Part shown: one piece after another, positions 1 to 8,009 of the stretch
Layout: each line of letters starts with the position of its first letter
Numbering within the stretch: the first letter of the stretch is position 1
Virus record (IMG/VR): IMGVR_UViG_3300014204_000001
Location: 74,011-138,010 of that record
Strand: one strand, 5' to 3'
Length of the DNA stretch: 64,000 nucleotides
Source: a virus
Lineage: Duplodnaviria > Heunggongvirae > Uroviricota > Caudoviricetes
Program-made: the position numbers and the translations under genes
The notes under the pieces: generated by a model
What the model saw: only the letters and a program-made list of their open reading frames with translations
What the model was told of the DNA's origin: nothing
Databases searched by the model: none

Positions 1-14
1 CCAAGAAGAAGCGA

Positions 15-317
15 CTACTTGAGCTCGTCGTCACCGACTCCAACAGCTGACAGCTCGCCGGCTTCGAAGGTGAATCCGCGCTCGAGCATCTTCCGGAGGC
101 GCGCAACCCGCATCTCGTGACAGGGTGGTGGAAGCGGCGTATTGCGTCGAAACTGCTTGCGCGCGACGGGCTTCCACTCAGGGCCGTAGACCGCCTCGAA
201 ATCCGCGCTTCTGCAGGCTACGTGCAGCTGTGCCTGGCGGTACTTGCGGCACTGCGCACAGCTTTCCATGGGCGCGTCCACGCCTTCCTGTGCCTCCTCG
301 GGGTAATGCAGATGCAT
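15..317 (-). CDS. hypothetical small Cys-containing protein (100 aa)
   Basis: ORF track; ends just upstream of hairpin terminator at 334-364; no recognisable motif. Confidence 0.4.
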   Translation of the reverse strand: MHLHYPEEAQEGVDAPMESCAQCRKYRQAQLHVACRSADFEAVYGPEWKPVARKQFRRNTPLPPPCHEMRVARLRKMLERGFTFEAGELSAVGVGDDELK

Positions 318-333
318 GTATCCTCCTGATTAC

Positions 334-364
334 AAAAAAGAAGCGCCTCTGTGAGAGGGCGCTT
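334..364 (-). terminator. rho-independent terminator (minus strand)
   Basis: hairpin aagcgcc...gggcgctt preceded on + by A-run 334-339 (T-run on minus); lies downstream of minus gene 380-694. Confidence 0.6.
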
Positions 365-379
365 CTTTGCTGCCTACAA

Positions 380-694
380 CTAGGCGGTCTTCTTAATGCT
401 CTGGGCAAGGATCTCGCGCAGAATCGATTCCACTGCTTCACGCAGCAAAGGGTCGTGTGCAAGGTAGTGCGGTTGGGCGCGGAAGTGCGCCCGCACGGGT
501 ACGGTCTGCTCCGCACGTGTGATGCGCGCTCCGCCGCGCAGCGCCTGGTAGGTACGTGCCTCGTAGTCTGCCACCTTCTTGCGAAGGCACTCGTAGCACT
601 GGCAGTGCTTCACATGCTTACCGCGATAGGTGCGAATCGTGGACATCGACACCACCGCGCGCAGCCGGGACTCCACCTTCTTCGATATCTTCAT
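380..694 (-). CDS. hypothetical protein (104 aa), last gene of array operon 4
   Basis: ORF track; followed by terminator. Confidence 0.5.
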   Translation of the reverse strand: MKISKKVESRLRAVVSMSTIRTYRGKHVKHCQCYECLRKKVADYEARTYQALRGGARITRAEQTVPVRAHFRAQPHYLAHDPLLREAVESILREILAQSIKKTA

Positions 695-735
695 AGCTCC
701 TCCGTTGATTGGCGCATCAAGGACTTATACCGCAA

Positions 736-978
736 TCATTCCCAACTCGTCGGTGCATAGAGACATTTCCCATTATTCGCGTGTTCGCTTAGCGGCAGGT
801 CACAGTTACAGCAAAGCAAGGAACACACGCAACAGACTGCATCTGAGGTGTAAGGGATCTTTTCTTGCGAGGAATCCCAGGCTACAACGCACACAGTTTC
901 AAGGCTGTGGATCGTGCCTCGCGCCTGGCGATAAACTATGCGGCGACCTACAGCCAGCTCGTCGGGGCATATAGACAT
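736..978 (-). CDS. array family member A1 (C2HC GKCLY-tail small protein)
   Basis: C-term CCNCDLPLSEHANNGKCLYAPTSWE; start ATG embedded in the conserved block of upstream gene; close paralog of A3. Confidence 0.65.
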   Translation of the reverse strand: MSICPDELAVGRRIVYRQARGTIHSLETVCVVAWDSSQEKIPYTSDAVCCVCSLLCCNCDLPLSEHANNGKCLYAPTSWE

Positions 979-1211
979 TTCCCTCCCTCCGCGTGATCTT
1001 CGCGCGGCAGGCTGCAGTGCCTACAGACACGCTTTAGGACCACACGTGCGTAAGACGGCGAATATCGGGACGTGTAGAGGGGACTACCCCGCTGAATACG
1101 GTACTCTTCGCGATCAGAGTCCCAGTGTTTGACGGTTCCTAGACAGCCGCTGCTGCCAATCGTTACACAACAACCTGGTGGTAGATCAAGCGGCCCAGCT
1201 AGCGGGTCCAT
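948..1211 (-). CDS. array family member A2
   Basis: C-term CRHCSLPREDHAEGGKCLYAPTSWL; start MDPLAG = ATG formed by the Y-G codons (tATGga) of A3's conserved tail. Confidence 0.6.
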   Translation of the reverse strand: MDPLAGPLDLPPGCCVTIGSSGCLGTVKHWDSDREEYRIQRGSPLYTSRYSPSYARVVLKRVCRHCSLPREDHAEGGKCLYAPTSWL

Positions 1212-1455
1212 AGAGGCACTTCCCTCCGTCAGCATGGTCTTCTTGTGGCAGACCGCAGTTGCGACACAGCAAGGAACACTCTTCACAGATGACCCTCATG
1301 GAGTACTGAAGGTCTAAGTTACCATCGGACATCCAACGTACAGTGCAGATGGCCTGCGTTTCAAAGAGCACGTCCAAGGCAGTAATCGTTCCACACATGC
1401 AGCCCCGGTAAAGCACTCGGCGACCTACAGCCAGCTCGTTGGGGTGTACAGGCAT
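1186..1455 (-). CDS. array family member A3
   Basis: C-term CRNCGLPQEDHADGGKCLYGPASWAA; N-term MPVHPNELAVGRR parallels A1. Confidence 0.65.
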   Translation of the reverse strand: MPVHPNELAVGRRVLYRGCMCGTITALDVLFETQAICTVRWMSDGNLDLQYSMRVICEECSLLCRNCGLPQEDHADGGKCLYGPASWAA

Positions 1456-1697
1456 TTCCCACCCTCCGCGTGATTTGCCTCAGGTAGATCGCAGTTGGCG
1501 CAGAGACGGGACAGCCTCGTTTCAGCGACGTCCTGTGCGTAGTGCATGGTGAAATACGCGTGACTAAGGGGAGTCTTCCACCGGATATGGTAGACGTAGT
1601 CCCGGCACGGCGTGACGCTGACGATGGTACCGCGCAAATCTCCCAGCACCATGTGGTCGCCCTTTTTGAATCTAAGGGGTCCAGCTTGTTGGCCCAT
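1425..1697 (-). CDS. array family member A4
   Basis: C-term CANCDLPEANHAEGGKCLYTPTSWL; start MGQQAGPL at embedded ATG (track ORF over-extends to 1838). Confidence 0.6.
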   Translation of the reverse strand: MGQQAGPLRFKKGDHMVLGDLRGTIVSVTPCRDYVYHIRWKTPLSHAYFTMHYAQDVAETRLSRLCANCDLPEANHAEGGKCLYTPTSWL

Positions 1698-1968
1698 AGA
1701 GGCACTTCCCTTCGTTGGCGTGCTCTTCAAGAGACAGGTCGCAATTGCGGCAAAGTCGCTTGAATCCGAGGAGTTCGTGGTGAGGGTAGGGAACTGAGTA
1801 TGTTGCGCCGTCCCAATAGATGTAGGTGTAATCGTCACCAGGATCGAAATCGAACTCTGCAGTTACGACAGTTCCGCAGAACCCTTCAGGAGTTCTGACC
1901 CGGCTTCCCACAATCAATTCAAAGGGTCCATTTACCGGGTCCGTAGATGCACTTCTTCTGTTTGGCAT
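1672..1968 (-). CDS. array family member A5
   Basis: C-term CRNCDLSLEEHANEGKCLYGPTSWTP. Confidence 0.6.
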   Translation of the reverse strand: MPNRRSASTDPVNGPFELIVGSRVRTPEGFCGTVVTAEFDFDPGDDYTYIYWDGATYSVPYPHHELLGFKRLCRNCDLSLEEHANEGKCLYGPTSWTP

Positions 1969-2173
1969 GGTCTTCTCGAGGGTAGTCGCAGCTGCGACAC
2001 AGGCGTTTCAGAACTCTCTCTGCTCGCCTTGCGCTGAAGATGCCCTCGTTGTCAAGGCGGTAACAAAGCACCCTGTCCTCAGTGATCAACTCCATAATCG
2101 TGAACTTTATTCCTACCGCGTTCACCAGGCGGGTGCCAACTCGGTACTTAGGTTTTCCAGTATGCCGGTCCAT
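1919..2173 (-). CDS. array family member A6
   Basis: C-term CRSCDYPREDHAKQKKCIYGPGKWTL; start MDRHTGKPKYRVG at embedded ATG; track 168-aa ORF 1919-2425 is a wrong-frame run-on. Confidence 0.55.
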   Translation of the reverse strand: MDRHTGKPKYRVGTRLVNAVGIKFTIMELITEDRVLCYRLDNEGIFSARRAERVLKRLCRSCDYPREDHAKQKKCIYGPGKWTL

Positions 2174-2417
2174 AGAGGCACTTCCCTCCGTCAGCGTGCT
2201 CTTCTCGAGCCAAGCTACAGTTGCAACAGACGTGTGTGAACTTGCCAAGCTGCCCTGTGTGGTAGGCAGCTTTTGGCGTGGTGTTATTTTATTCCGTGAT
2301 CCACCAGGTGTCAGTGAAGGGGTACTCTTCGCGTACGATGGTTCCGCAGGTGCCGTCTGAATCTCGGACGCGCATTCCTGGGCTAGGGTGCAGCTTGCCG
2401 CCACTGTCCTGGGCCAT
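2148..2417 (-). pseudogene. array family member A6b, frame-disrupted
   Basis: N-domain MAQDSGGKLHPSPGMRVRDSDGTCGTIVREEYPFTDTWWITE* in one frame; C-region ...FTHVCCNCSLAREEHADGGKCLYGPAYWKT* in another; shift maps to A-rich tract ggaataaaataac. Confidence 0.5.
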
Positions 2418-2670
2418 AAAAGCACTTCCCTTCGTCAGTGTGCGCCTCCTTGGGGTAGTCGCAGGCGGGGCAGAGAAGAGTCATTTTGGAACGTATACAA
2501 GAGCCGTATACCGCCGTTATATCCCGGTCGTCCCAGTGGACGAAGTAGAGGCGTGACTGATGCGGCGAGTAGCCTATGCGTAGCACTGTCCCCTTGTACC
2601 CCCATTTGTGGCGTACTCGAGTACCTACCTTGAGTTCCGTCAACACCAGTTCGTCGGAGAATAGAGACAC
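2383..2670 (-). CDS. array family member A7
   Basis: C-term CPACDYPKEAHTDEGKCFYGPGQWRQAAP. Confidence 0.65.
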   Translation of the reverse strand: MSLFSDELVLTELKVGTRVRHKWGYKGTVLRIGYSPHQSRLYFVHWDDRDITAVYGSCIRSKMTLLCPACDYPKEAHTDEGKCFYGPGQWRQAAP

Positions 2671-2903
2671 TTTCCTCCCTCTGGATGGTCTTCTCGCGGT
2701 ATGTCACAGTTGGCACAGACGCGGTGAAAAGAGTGAAGTACTTCGTACCTCGAATAGGAGTAAATTTGACTGTCGCCGTGATACTTGATGCTAATGACCG
2801 CAGGCGTAACCGTCGTGATTATTCCGACGTAGCCAGAGGTTAAAACATAACCACGTAACAGAACATGCAGGCCTATCTCCAGCTCGTAGGGCTGTACAAG
2901 CAT
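2640..2903 (-). CDS. array family member A8
   Basis: C-term CANCDIPREDHPEGGKCLYSPTNWC; start MLVQPYELEIG at embedded ATG. Confidence 0.6.
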   Translation of the reverse strand: MLVQPYELEIGLHVLLRGYVLTSGYVGIITTVTPAVISIKYHGDSQIYSYSRYEVLHSFHRVCANCDIPREDHPEGGKCLYSPTNWC

Positions 2904-3123
2904 TTCCCGTCCTCTGTGTGTGTGCCTCGAGTGGGTGATCGCATTCGTTGCAAGCGCGAACAACCTCGCCAAATAAGTCGTACACGGACGTGGTGTTGCC
3001 GTTGTCCCAATGCACCTCGTAGCCAACGCAGTGCCCTGCATCTCCGCGGACTACGCGCACAACCACGCCGTGAAGCTTATTCCAGCCGCAGACGCGGTCT
3101 CCTAGCTTCAGGGTCTCTTTCAT
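2873..3123 (-). pseudogene. array family member A9, -1 frameshift in C-terminal block
   Basis: in-frame reading gives CNECDHPLEAHTQRTGNACTALRAG...; a -1 shift after EAHTQRT restores GKCLYSPTSWR* ending 2873; start MKETLKLGDRV by ATGA overlap with A10 stop. Confidence 0.5.
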
Positions 3124-3371
3124 TGCCAGTTTCCTGGGCCATAAAGGCACTTGTCATTGTCGGCGTGCTCTTGGCGCGAAAGGCCACAGTTCCTGCAGAG
3201 GCGCTCGAAATAGGTGCGCAGTTCCTCAGGGGTATAGTGGTCGTAGAATTTCACCTCGCCCTCCCAACAGAGCTCGACAGGTGCTCCGCTGCAGTTATAG
3301 GCGGTGATAAGCGCACAGGAGCCTGTCGGCACATTGCGCACACGGTCACCGACTTTGAACTTTTCGCTCAT
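3120..3371 (-). CDS. array family member A10
   Basis: C-term CRNCGLSRQEHADNDKCLYGPGNWQ; start MSEKFKVGDRV by ATGA overlap with A11 stop; 49-bp identical stretch with A12. Confidence 0.65.
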   Translation of the reverse strand: MSEKFKVGDRVRNVPTGSCALITAYNCSGAPVELCWEGEVKFYDHYTPEELRTYFERLCRNCGLSRQEHADNDKCLYGPGNWQ

Positions 3372-3595
3372 TCCCAGCTCCCTGGACCATAAAGGCACTT
3401 GCCACCATTAGCATGTTCTTCTTCAAGCAAGCCGCAGTTGTTACATAGCCGCTGGAAGTCGCGCCTAGCGGTATCAGTGTGGTAGGTATTAGCGGCTTCA
3501 CGGCCTTCGCGGTCCCAAACTATGCGGTAACACGCACCTTCGAATATACCTGTGACGTCGCAGTATTCCTGTCCAACCCGCGTTATTGGACTCAA
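3368..3595 (-). CDS. array family member A11
   Basis: C-term CNNCGLLEEEHANGGKCLYGPGSWE; non-overlapping TTG start preceded by GGTAGGGGA RBS-like spacer. Confidence 0.55.
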   Translation of the reverse strand: MSPITRVGQEYCDVTGIFEGACYRIVWDREGREAANTYHTDTARRDFQRLCNNCGLLEEEHANGGKCLYGPGSWE

Positions 3596-3619
3596 AACGA
3601 TCCCCTACCTCGATCTCTC

Positions 3620-3832
3620 TCACGCCCAGCTCCCTGGCCCGTATAGGCATTTGCCATTGTCGGCGTGCTCTTGGCGCGAAAGGCCACAGTTCCTGCAGAG
3701 GCGCCGGAACGCCTTGCACAGCCAGCTATTGGCACAAGTGTACGTATGGTCGGGATCCCCTTCGTACTGCACTTTCGCGTACGCACCGTCACGGCCAACC
3801 ACCACAAATCGCATCGTTATTTCCGAGTCCAT
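3620..3832 (-). CDS. array family member A12
   Basis: C-term CRNCGLSRQEHADNGKCLYGPGSWA; ATG start preceded by same GGTAGGGGA spacer. Confidence 0.65.
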   Translation of the reverse strand: MDSEITMRFVVVGRDGAYAKVQYEGDPDHTYTCANSWLCKAFRRLCRNCGLSRQEHADNGKCLYGPGSWA

Positions 3833-3856
3833 CTTATGCTCAAAGCGGTCCCCTAC

Positions 3857-4045
3857 CTAGCTCCCGGGTCCGTATAGGCACTTGCCGTTGTCGGCGTGCG
3901 CATCTTCCGGCTGATTGCAGTTGGCGCAGAGCAGCGTCAGCCGCTCCAGCGCTTGTGCGTAACCAAAGCAGGCAATCAGGAACGGGTCATCGTAGCGTAT
4001 GCGAATGCCAGGGCCATCCACAGGTAGGACTGTGGCGTAGCGCAC
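3857..4045 (-). CDS. array family member A13 (tail truncated by TAG where relatives have TGG)
   Basis: C-term CANCNQPEDAHADNGKCLYGPGS*; GTG start; first gene after terminator 4103-4132. Confidence 0.55.
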   Translation of the reverse strand: MRYATVLPVDGPGIRIRYDDPFLIACFGYAQALERLTLLCANCNQPEDAHADNGKCLYGPGS

Positions 4046-4102
4046 CGACGTATCACGCGCCGGCCTTCTGTGTAATCGCGAAAGTCCATGCTCGCTGATA
4101 CC

Positions 4103-4132
4103 AAAAAAGAGCGCCCCACAGGGGAGGCGCTC
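4103..4132 (-). terminator. rho-independent terminator (minus strand)
   Basis: A-run 4103-4108 on + followed by hairpin gagcgcccc...ggggaggcgctc; downstream of A14. Confidence 0.6.
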
Positions 4133-4140
4133 CTTCTCTG

Positions 4141-4443
4141 CTACGCGAAACTAGTGGGCCCGTACAGACACTTTCCCTGGTCTGCGTGGTCGTCCTTTGA
4201 CATGCAGCAGTGTTTACATACCTGGACCAGGTGCGTTGGCGCATGCCCCGTCACTCTGGCACTCCACTCTTTCTGGCTCCTGATCCACACGTATTGTTGG
4301 CACAGACACAGTGGTGTCCCTGGTGGCGGCTCAACGACCTCGTAGATGTTCTGTAAATACAACGGCGTATCGTTGTACGGGTAGCTCCAGGCCACGAGGT
4401 CGCCTAGTTTGAATGCCGGCGGTTTGTATGTTTCCGTTGTCAC
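4141..4443 (-). CDS. array family member A14
   Basis: C-term CKHCCMSKDDHADQGKCLYGPTSFA; GTG start. Confidence 0.6.
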   Translation of the reverse strand: MTTETYKPPAFKLGDLVAWSYPYNDTPLYLQNIYEVVEPPPGTPLCLCQQYVWIRSQKEWSARVTGHAPTHLVQVCKHCCMSKDDHADQGKCLYGPTSFA

Positions 4444-4471
4444 TGAAGAAGACAGGTCTCTCGGTAGTCCG

Positions 4472-4798
4472 TCATGACATGAGGTAGCAGGGCGGAGTCA
4501 TCCCAGGGACTTGCTTGAATCCCAGCTGTAACAGTTTGCCGTGAAACCTGGGGTTGAGGACGCTCTCGACAAAGAGCGGGAGGCCCGGGTAGATAGAACG
4601 AAGCCGGGCAACAAGGCTGGTGAACGCCCCGCTGCCTGGCTTCTCGGCTTCGATGTTTGCTAGGTCCAAGGTCGTCATTGCTTGACCGTCGAGGCATCGG
4701 TAGGCGAAGCGAACATAGAGGTGTACGAATCCCTTCTCTTGGACATACGCATTTCGAGGCCCCGCTCCTTGGTTCGTGATGAACTCATCAAGCGTCAC
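4472..4798 (-). CDS. hypothetical protein (~108 aa)
   Basis: GTG start overlapping stop of 4795-5172 (GTGA); track ORF extends to 5026 in a GC-rich run-on. Confidence 0.4.
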   Translation of the reverse strand: MTLDEFITNQGAGPRNAYVQEKGFVHLYVRFAYRCLDGQAMTTLDLANIEAEKPGSGAFTSLVARLRSIYPGLPLFVESVLNPRFHGKLLQLGFKQVPGMTPPCYLMS

Positions 4799-5172
4799 GG
4801 CTTCTTCTCTTCGCTGCACGCCGTGACATGCTGCCAGACGCCCTCGGCAAATCCGTCGATCCAGCTCTCCCGGTGGCTCTTGGCGATGTACTTGTTTCCC
4901 AGTCTCGTGTAGGCGTCCTCCAGCTCCCGCAGACGTTCCTGGGCCAGCTCCTTCACTGATTTCTTGAGCCCTCGCACGAGGACTACCGGCTGCACTGAGC
5001 GGAAGACGAAGTAAGATGCAGTCCAATCAGAGCCGCGAGAAGCCCACTTCACCGGCTCCATGTGCTTGATGGGGATTCCGCCGTTCGCCGTCGAGATGAC
5101 TACCTCAGGGTCTTCTCCGTGTGCGTGCTTCAGTGCGCGGTTGACGATGATTGCGAGTTCGCTCAGCTTCAT
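4795..5172 (-). CDS. hypothetical protein (125 aa)
   Basis: ORF track; ATGA overlap with upstream gene. Confidence 0.5.
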   Translation of the reverse strand: MKLSELAIIVNRALKHAHGEDPEVVISTANGGIPIKHMEPVKWASRGSDWTASYFVFRSVQPVVLVRGLKKSVKELAQERLRELEDAYTRLGNKYIAKSHRESWIDGFAEGVWQHVTACSEEKKP

Positions 5173-5807
5173 GGCTTCTTCTCCAGGTCGATGCCGAGCT
5201 CGCGAAGTGCGCCGAGCGCGTCGTTGTACTCCTGGCGCCTAGCTAGGATTGCCTGATACTGTAGGTGCAAGCTGACTGGCTCTGAGGCCCGTAGCAAACG
5301 CCAGATGGCGCCTTCCAATTCCTGTACGCGCTGCTTCAATTCCGCAGCGTCGAGCGTGCCGGCCATAGACGTTGTGCTGAGAAGCTTTGCGTAAGCCTCC
5401 GTGGCGTTATCGAGGCGCGTGGACAGAATAGCTGGAAGGTCCGTCAAGTCGTTACGCTGTACTACTCCGAGCAATGTGGCGATCTGGTCGAGCATCGCCT
5501 GTTGTCGCCGCGAATCGGACCCGAGCTCGTGAGTCCATTTGCGCTCGGTTTTTAGTGCTGCCTCCAGCTCTGCCACGCGCTTCGTTAGCTTTTCGTGATT
5601 CTCGATGTTGATGTACGGGTTGCGATGCCAGCCGAACGGGGCTGTATTTCCTCCTCCGTCAGCCCAGAGGATTTCAATTCCCGCACGAGTCAGGTCAGCC
5701 ACACGGGCACGAAGTGCCTCTGCCTCGACCTCCAACGCCGGGTACTGGCAAAGGTCAACATTGTCGAGGTGTCCCTCGCAGCCACACGGCATGATGTCAG
5801 CACTCAT
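5169..5807 (-). CDS. hypothetical coiled-coil protein (~212 aa), N-term MSADIMPCGCEGH
   Basis: internal ATG 5807 with 8-nt overlap onto upstream gene; heptad-like helical sequence. Confidence 0.5.
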   Translation of the reverse strand: MSADIMPCGCEGHLDNVDLCQYPALEVEAEALRARVADLTRAGIEILWADGGGNTAPFGWHRNPYINIENHEKLTKRVAELEAALKTERKWTHELGSDSRRQQAMLDQIATLLGVVQRNDLTDLPAILSTRLDNATEAYAKLLSTTSMAGTLDAAELKQRVQELEGAIWRLLRASEPVSLHLQYQAILARRQEYNDALGALRELGIDLEKKP

Positions 5808-5988
5808 CGTTCCCCACCTCCTCGGCGAACAACTCGTCGATCTCCGGGTCGCTGATTTCGCTCGAGCATTCATGGCAAAGACTGACGCCACAGCGGCCAC
5901 TCTTTCCTGCCTGTTCAATCGCCGCGTCTGCACTCTCTGCCTCAAAATAGCCAATGAACTTCGACCCGACTACTGAGGCCGTCACCAT
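5797..5988 (-). CDS. hypothetical small acidic Cys protein (~63 aa)
   Basis: MVTASVVGSKFIGYFEAESADAAIEQAGKSGRCGVSLCHECSSEISD...; start uncertain. Confidence 0.4.
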   Translation of the reverse strand: MVTASVVGSKFIGYFEAESADAAIEQAGKSGRCGVSLCHECSSEISDPEIDELFAEEVGNDEC

Positions 5989-6010
5989 GTACCGCTTCAA
6001 CTTCTTTGCC

Positions 6011-6205
6011 TTAGCCACGTTCTGCCTCCTCCTCGACTGGCTCGTATGCACATGGGCGGTCGTTGCATATCGCCACAGTGTAAAGTATGCGGCTATCGTC
6101 GAACTTCAAAACCAAGCGCCCCTCGCTCTCGCGCACTGATAAGACTGTGGCGATTTTCCCGTTGGCTCTGCGTCGCCACCGGCTCCCGATGCGCGGGCTA
6201 GCCAC
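6011..6205 (-). CDS. hypothetical small protein (~64 aa)
   Basis: GTG start 6-7 nt after GAGGAGG RBS. Confidence 0.45.
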   Translation of the reverse strand: MASPRIGSRWRRRANGKIATVLSVRESEGRLVLKFDDSRILYTVAICNDRPCAYEPVEEEAERG

Positions 6206-6512
6206 GTTCCACCTCCTCAACTGCTTCCCGCAGCTTAGTCATTTCGCGATAGAGATTCGCCATAGGTGTGTCAGGTTCACGGCTTGCGTACTCGTCCAAC
6301 AATTCCTTCGCGCGCCTCACCACACGCGCGTACAATTCTCCCGACTTTAGCTTGGCTTCATGTTCCGATTGTTTACCCTCTTTGGTCGTGAAATAGCCAC
6401 CAGCATCTTCATCGCCGGCCCGGTGATCTCCGCGGTGCCCCGCCTCGCGCTCGCACCGGCCCCAGCCAACGCGAATCGCTGCGCACCTTGCTCGCTGCTT
6501 ACTCATGCTCAT
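6198..6512 (-). CDS. hypothetical protein (~104 aa), first gene of operon 3
   Basis: ATG 6512 preceded by ACGGAGG RBS; immediately downstream of terminator 6546-6580. Confidence 0.5.
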   Translation of the reverse strand: MSMSKQRARCAAIRVGWGRCEREAGHRGDHRAGDEDAGGYFTTKEGKQSEHEAKLKSGELYARVVRRAKELLDEYASREPDTPMANLYREMTKLREAVEEVERG

Positions 6513-6545
6513 TGTTTTGCCTCCGTTAAGTGTCTCCTCTGGTAC

Positions 6546-6580
6546 CAAAAAGAAGCGGCCAATAAGGCACCGCTTCTTTG
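6546..6580 (-). terminator. rho-independent terminator (minus strand)
   Basis: A-run 6546-6550 on + then hairpin gaagcgg...ccgcttc; downstream of 6594-6887. Confidence 0.6.
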
Positions 6581-6593
6581 TTACACCCCATCA

Positions 6594-6887
6594 CTAGTCG
6601 TGTAGAGCCTCCTCGGCTTGAGCTAGAAGTGCCACGGCTAGCTCCTCTAGCGCGTCGTCAGCCTCGTCCCATCCGACGGGAGCATCCGGGTACGCATTTG
6701 CGAAGAGATGCTTTGATTCGCGCGCTTTCTTCGCCGCCTCCTTGAACGCCTCGACCTCTCCGGCACGGCGGGCGGTCTTCACTGCAGCATCTACACGCTT
6801 CGCCAAGTCGCGTACCGCTTCCCTTCGATCATCTCCTGGTCCAAACGCGAAGACCAGGCGCTCAACCTCTTCCGCTATTGCGTACAT
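6594..6887 (-). CDS. hypothetical acidic helical protein (~97 aa)
   Basis: start MYAIAEEVERL with TGATG overlap onto upstream stop. Confidence 0.5.
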   Translation of the reverse strand: MYAIAEEVERLVFAFGPGDDRREAVRDLAKRVDAAVKTARRAGEVEAFKEAAKKARESKHLFANAYPDAPVGWDEADDALEELAVALLAQAEEALHD

Positions 6888-7201
6888 CACTTCTCCTGCG
6901 ACGCACGGATGGCGGCACGAAGCGGAATTGTGGGGCACCACTCGGGGTGCTCGCCGTTGACCGATGCTCCACAGAATACACACTGACCTGAATGCATGCT
7001 GTGACCTAGTGCCTCCTCACACGCCTTCAGCAGTTGCGGCGCAGCAGCGAACAAGCGAGCCAACTTCTCACTTGGTTCGCGCGTGACTGGATCGACTACG
7101 CAACGGGCCACATCGTTGCCATGCTCATCGCATACGCAGAACTTGTCGTAGCACTTACCAGTCTGGCCGGACTCATAGAATTTGCGTGCTATGAACTTCA
7201 T
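6887..7201 (-). CDS. hypothetical Cys-rich protein (104 aa)
   Basis: CYDKFCVCDEHG ... CVFCGASVNGEHPEWC metal-binding-like spacing. Confidence 0.5.
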   Translation of the reverse strand: MKFIARKFYESGQTGKCYDKFCVCDEHGNDVARCVVDPVTREPSEKLARLFAAAPQLLKACEEALGHSMHSGQCVFCGASVNGEHPEWCPTIPLRAAIRASQEK

Positions 7202-7455
7202 AGATTCTCCTGCGCCGCCTGGATAATGGGCGCTGAACTGAATGTGATTTCGAGCCGCGCCTTGTCCTCCTCGTTATCTGTAGTGAGTCCCTTGCATGGA
7301 ATATTGCGCGCCATGTAGTTGAGCATCTTCAACGATGCCACCACCAGTGCGGCTTGTGTCTCTTCTAGCTTCTTTACGCGGGCATACAGCATTGGGGCGC
7401 AATTAGTGCAATACGGTGTGCGGATGTTCGGGGTGCAGTAGCACATCGTTATCAC
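7198..7455 (-). CDS. hypothetical Cys-rich protein (85 aa)
   Basis: MCYCTPNIRTPYCTNC; ATGA overlap. Confidence 0.5.
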   Translation of the reverse strand: MITMCYCTPNIRTPYCTNCAPMLYARVKKLEETQAALVVASLKMLNYMARNIPCKGLTTDNEEDKARLEITFSSAPIIQAAQENL

Positions 7456-7700
7456 CTCTCCACGGTCTTGAGGACTTCTTCCACCAGGCGCAGCGCCTTC
7501 TCCGCTTTCTTCCTCGGGATGCCGCCTTCAACGTCGCGCTGCAGCTGTGCCAGACACTGCTTCAAGCGTTCGCATACCGCCATGTCCGACAGACGGTTCT
7601 TGTTGCGCTCTTCTGAGCATTTCATGCAGAACGTCCCCTCCCCCAGGATCCATACCAACGGATTCGCCTCTTGTTTGCACTGACCACAGCGAGTCGTCAT
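7452..7700 (-). CDS. hypothetical zinc-ribbon-like protein (~82 aa)
   Basis: MTTRCGQCKQE...FCMKCSEE; ATGA overlap with 7697-7957. Confidence 0.5.
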   Translation of the reverse strand: MTTRCGQCKQEANPLVWILGEGTFCMKCSEERNKNRLSDMAVCERLKQCLAQLQRDVEGGIPRKKAEKALRLVEEVLKTVER

Positions 7701-7957
7701 CTCGATATCTTCTCCGTACGCGTACACTTGGTTTGAGTCTGCTGGAGCGTTTCCAGCTTCCAGGCAAAGCCTGCCAACAGGGAGACACACGCTAGGATGA
7801 TGAGGACATAGGTTCTCGAGGAGACAGAGCTCTCGGCGGGAATCCTCGGGAATCCGCCTCGATAACGCCTCAACTCATCTACGCAGTGCTCACACACCGC
7901 CAGAGGCTGAGGGCTTCCGTGCTCGAATACGTGGTCGCATGTAGGACACTTATACAT
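7697..7957 (-). CDS. hypothetical membrane-anchored zinc-ribbon protein (86 aa)
   Basis: CPTCDHV...CEHC then hydrophobic LIILACVSLLAGFAW. Confidence 0.5.
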   Translation of the reverse strand: MYKCPTCDHVFEHGSPQPLAVCEHCVDELRRYRGGFPRIPAESSVSSRTYVLIILACVSLLAGFAWKLETLQQTQTKCTRTEKISR

Positions 7958-8009
7958 GGCGCTCCTTTTCGTGGTTGGTTCGCTACGTTGCCTCTCCTTC
8001 TACCTCTTT

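Noticed and set aside
1919-2425. 168-aa minus-strand ORF
   Set aside because: Its S/T/P-rich N-terminal 84 aa are a wrong-frame read across the frame-broken member A6b. The real gene A6 starts at the embedded ATG 2173.
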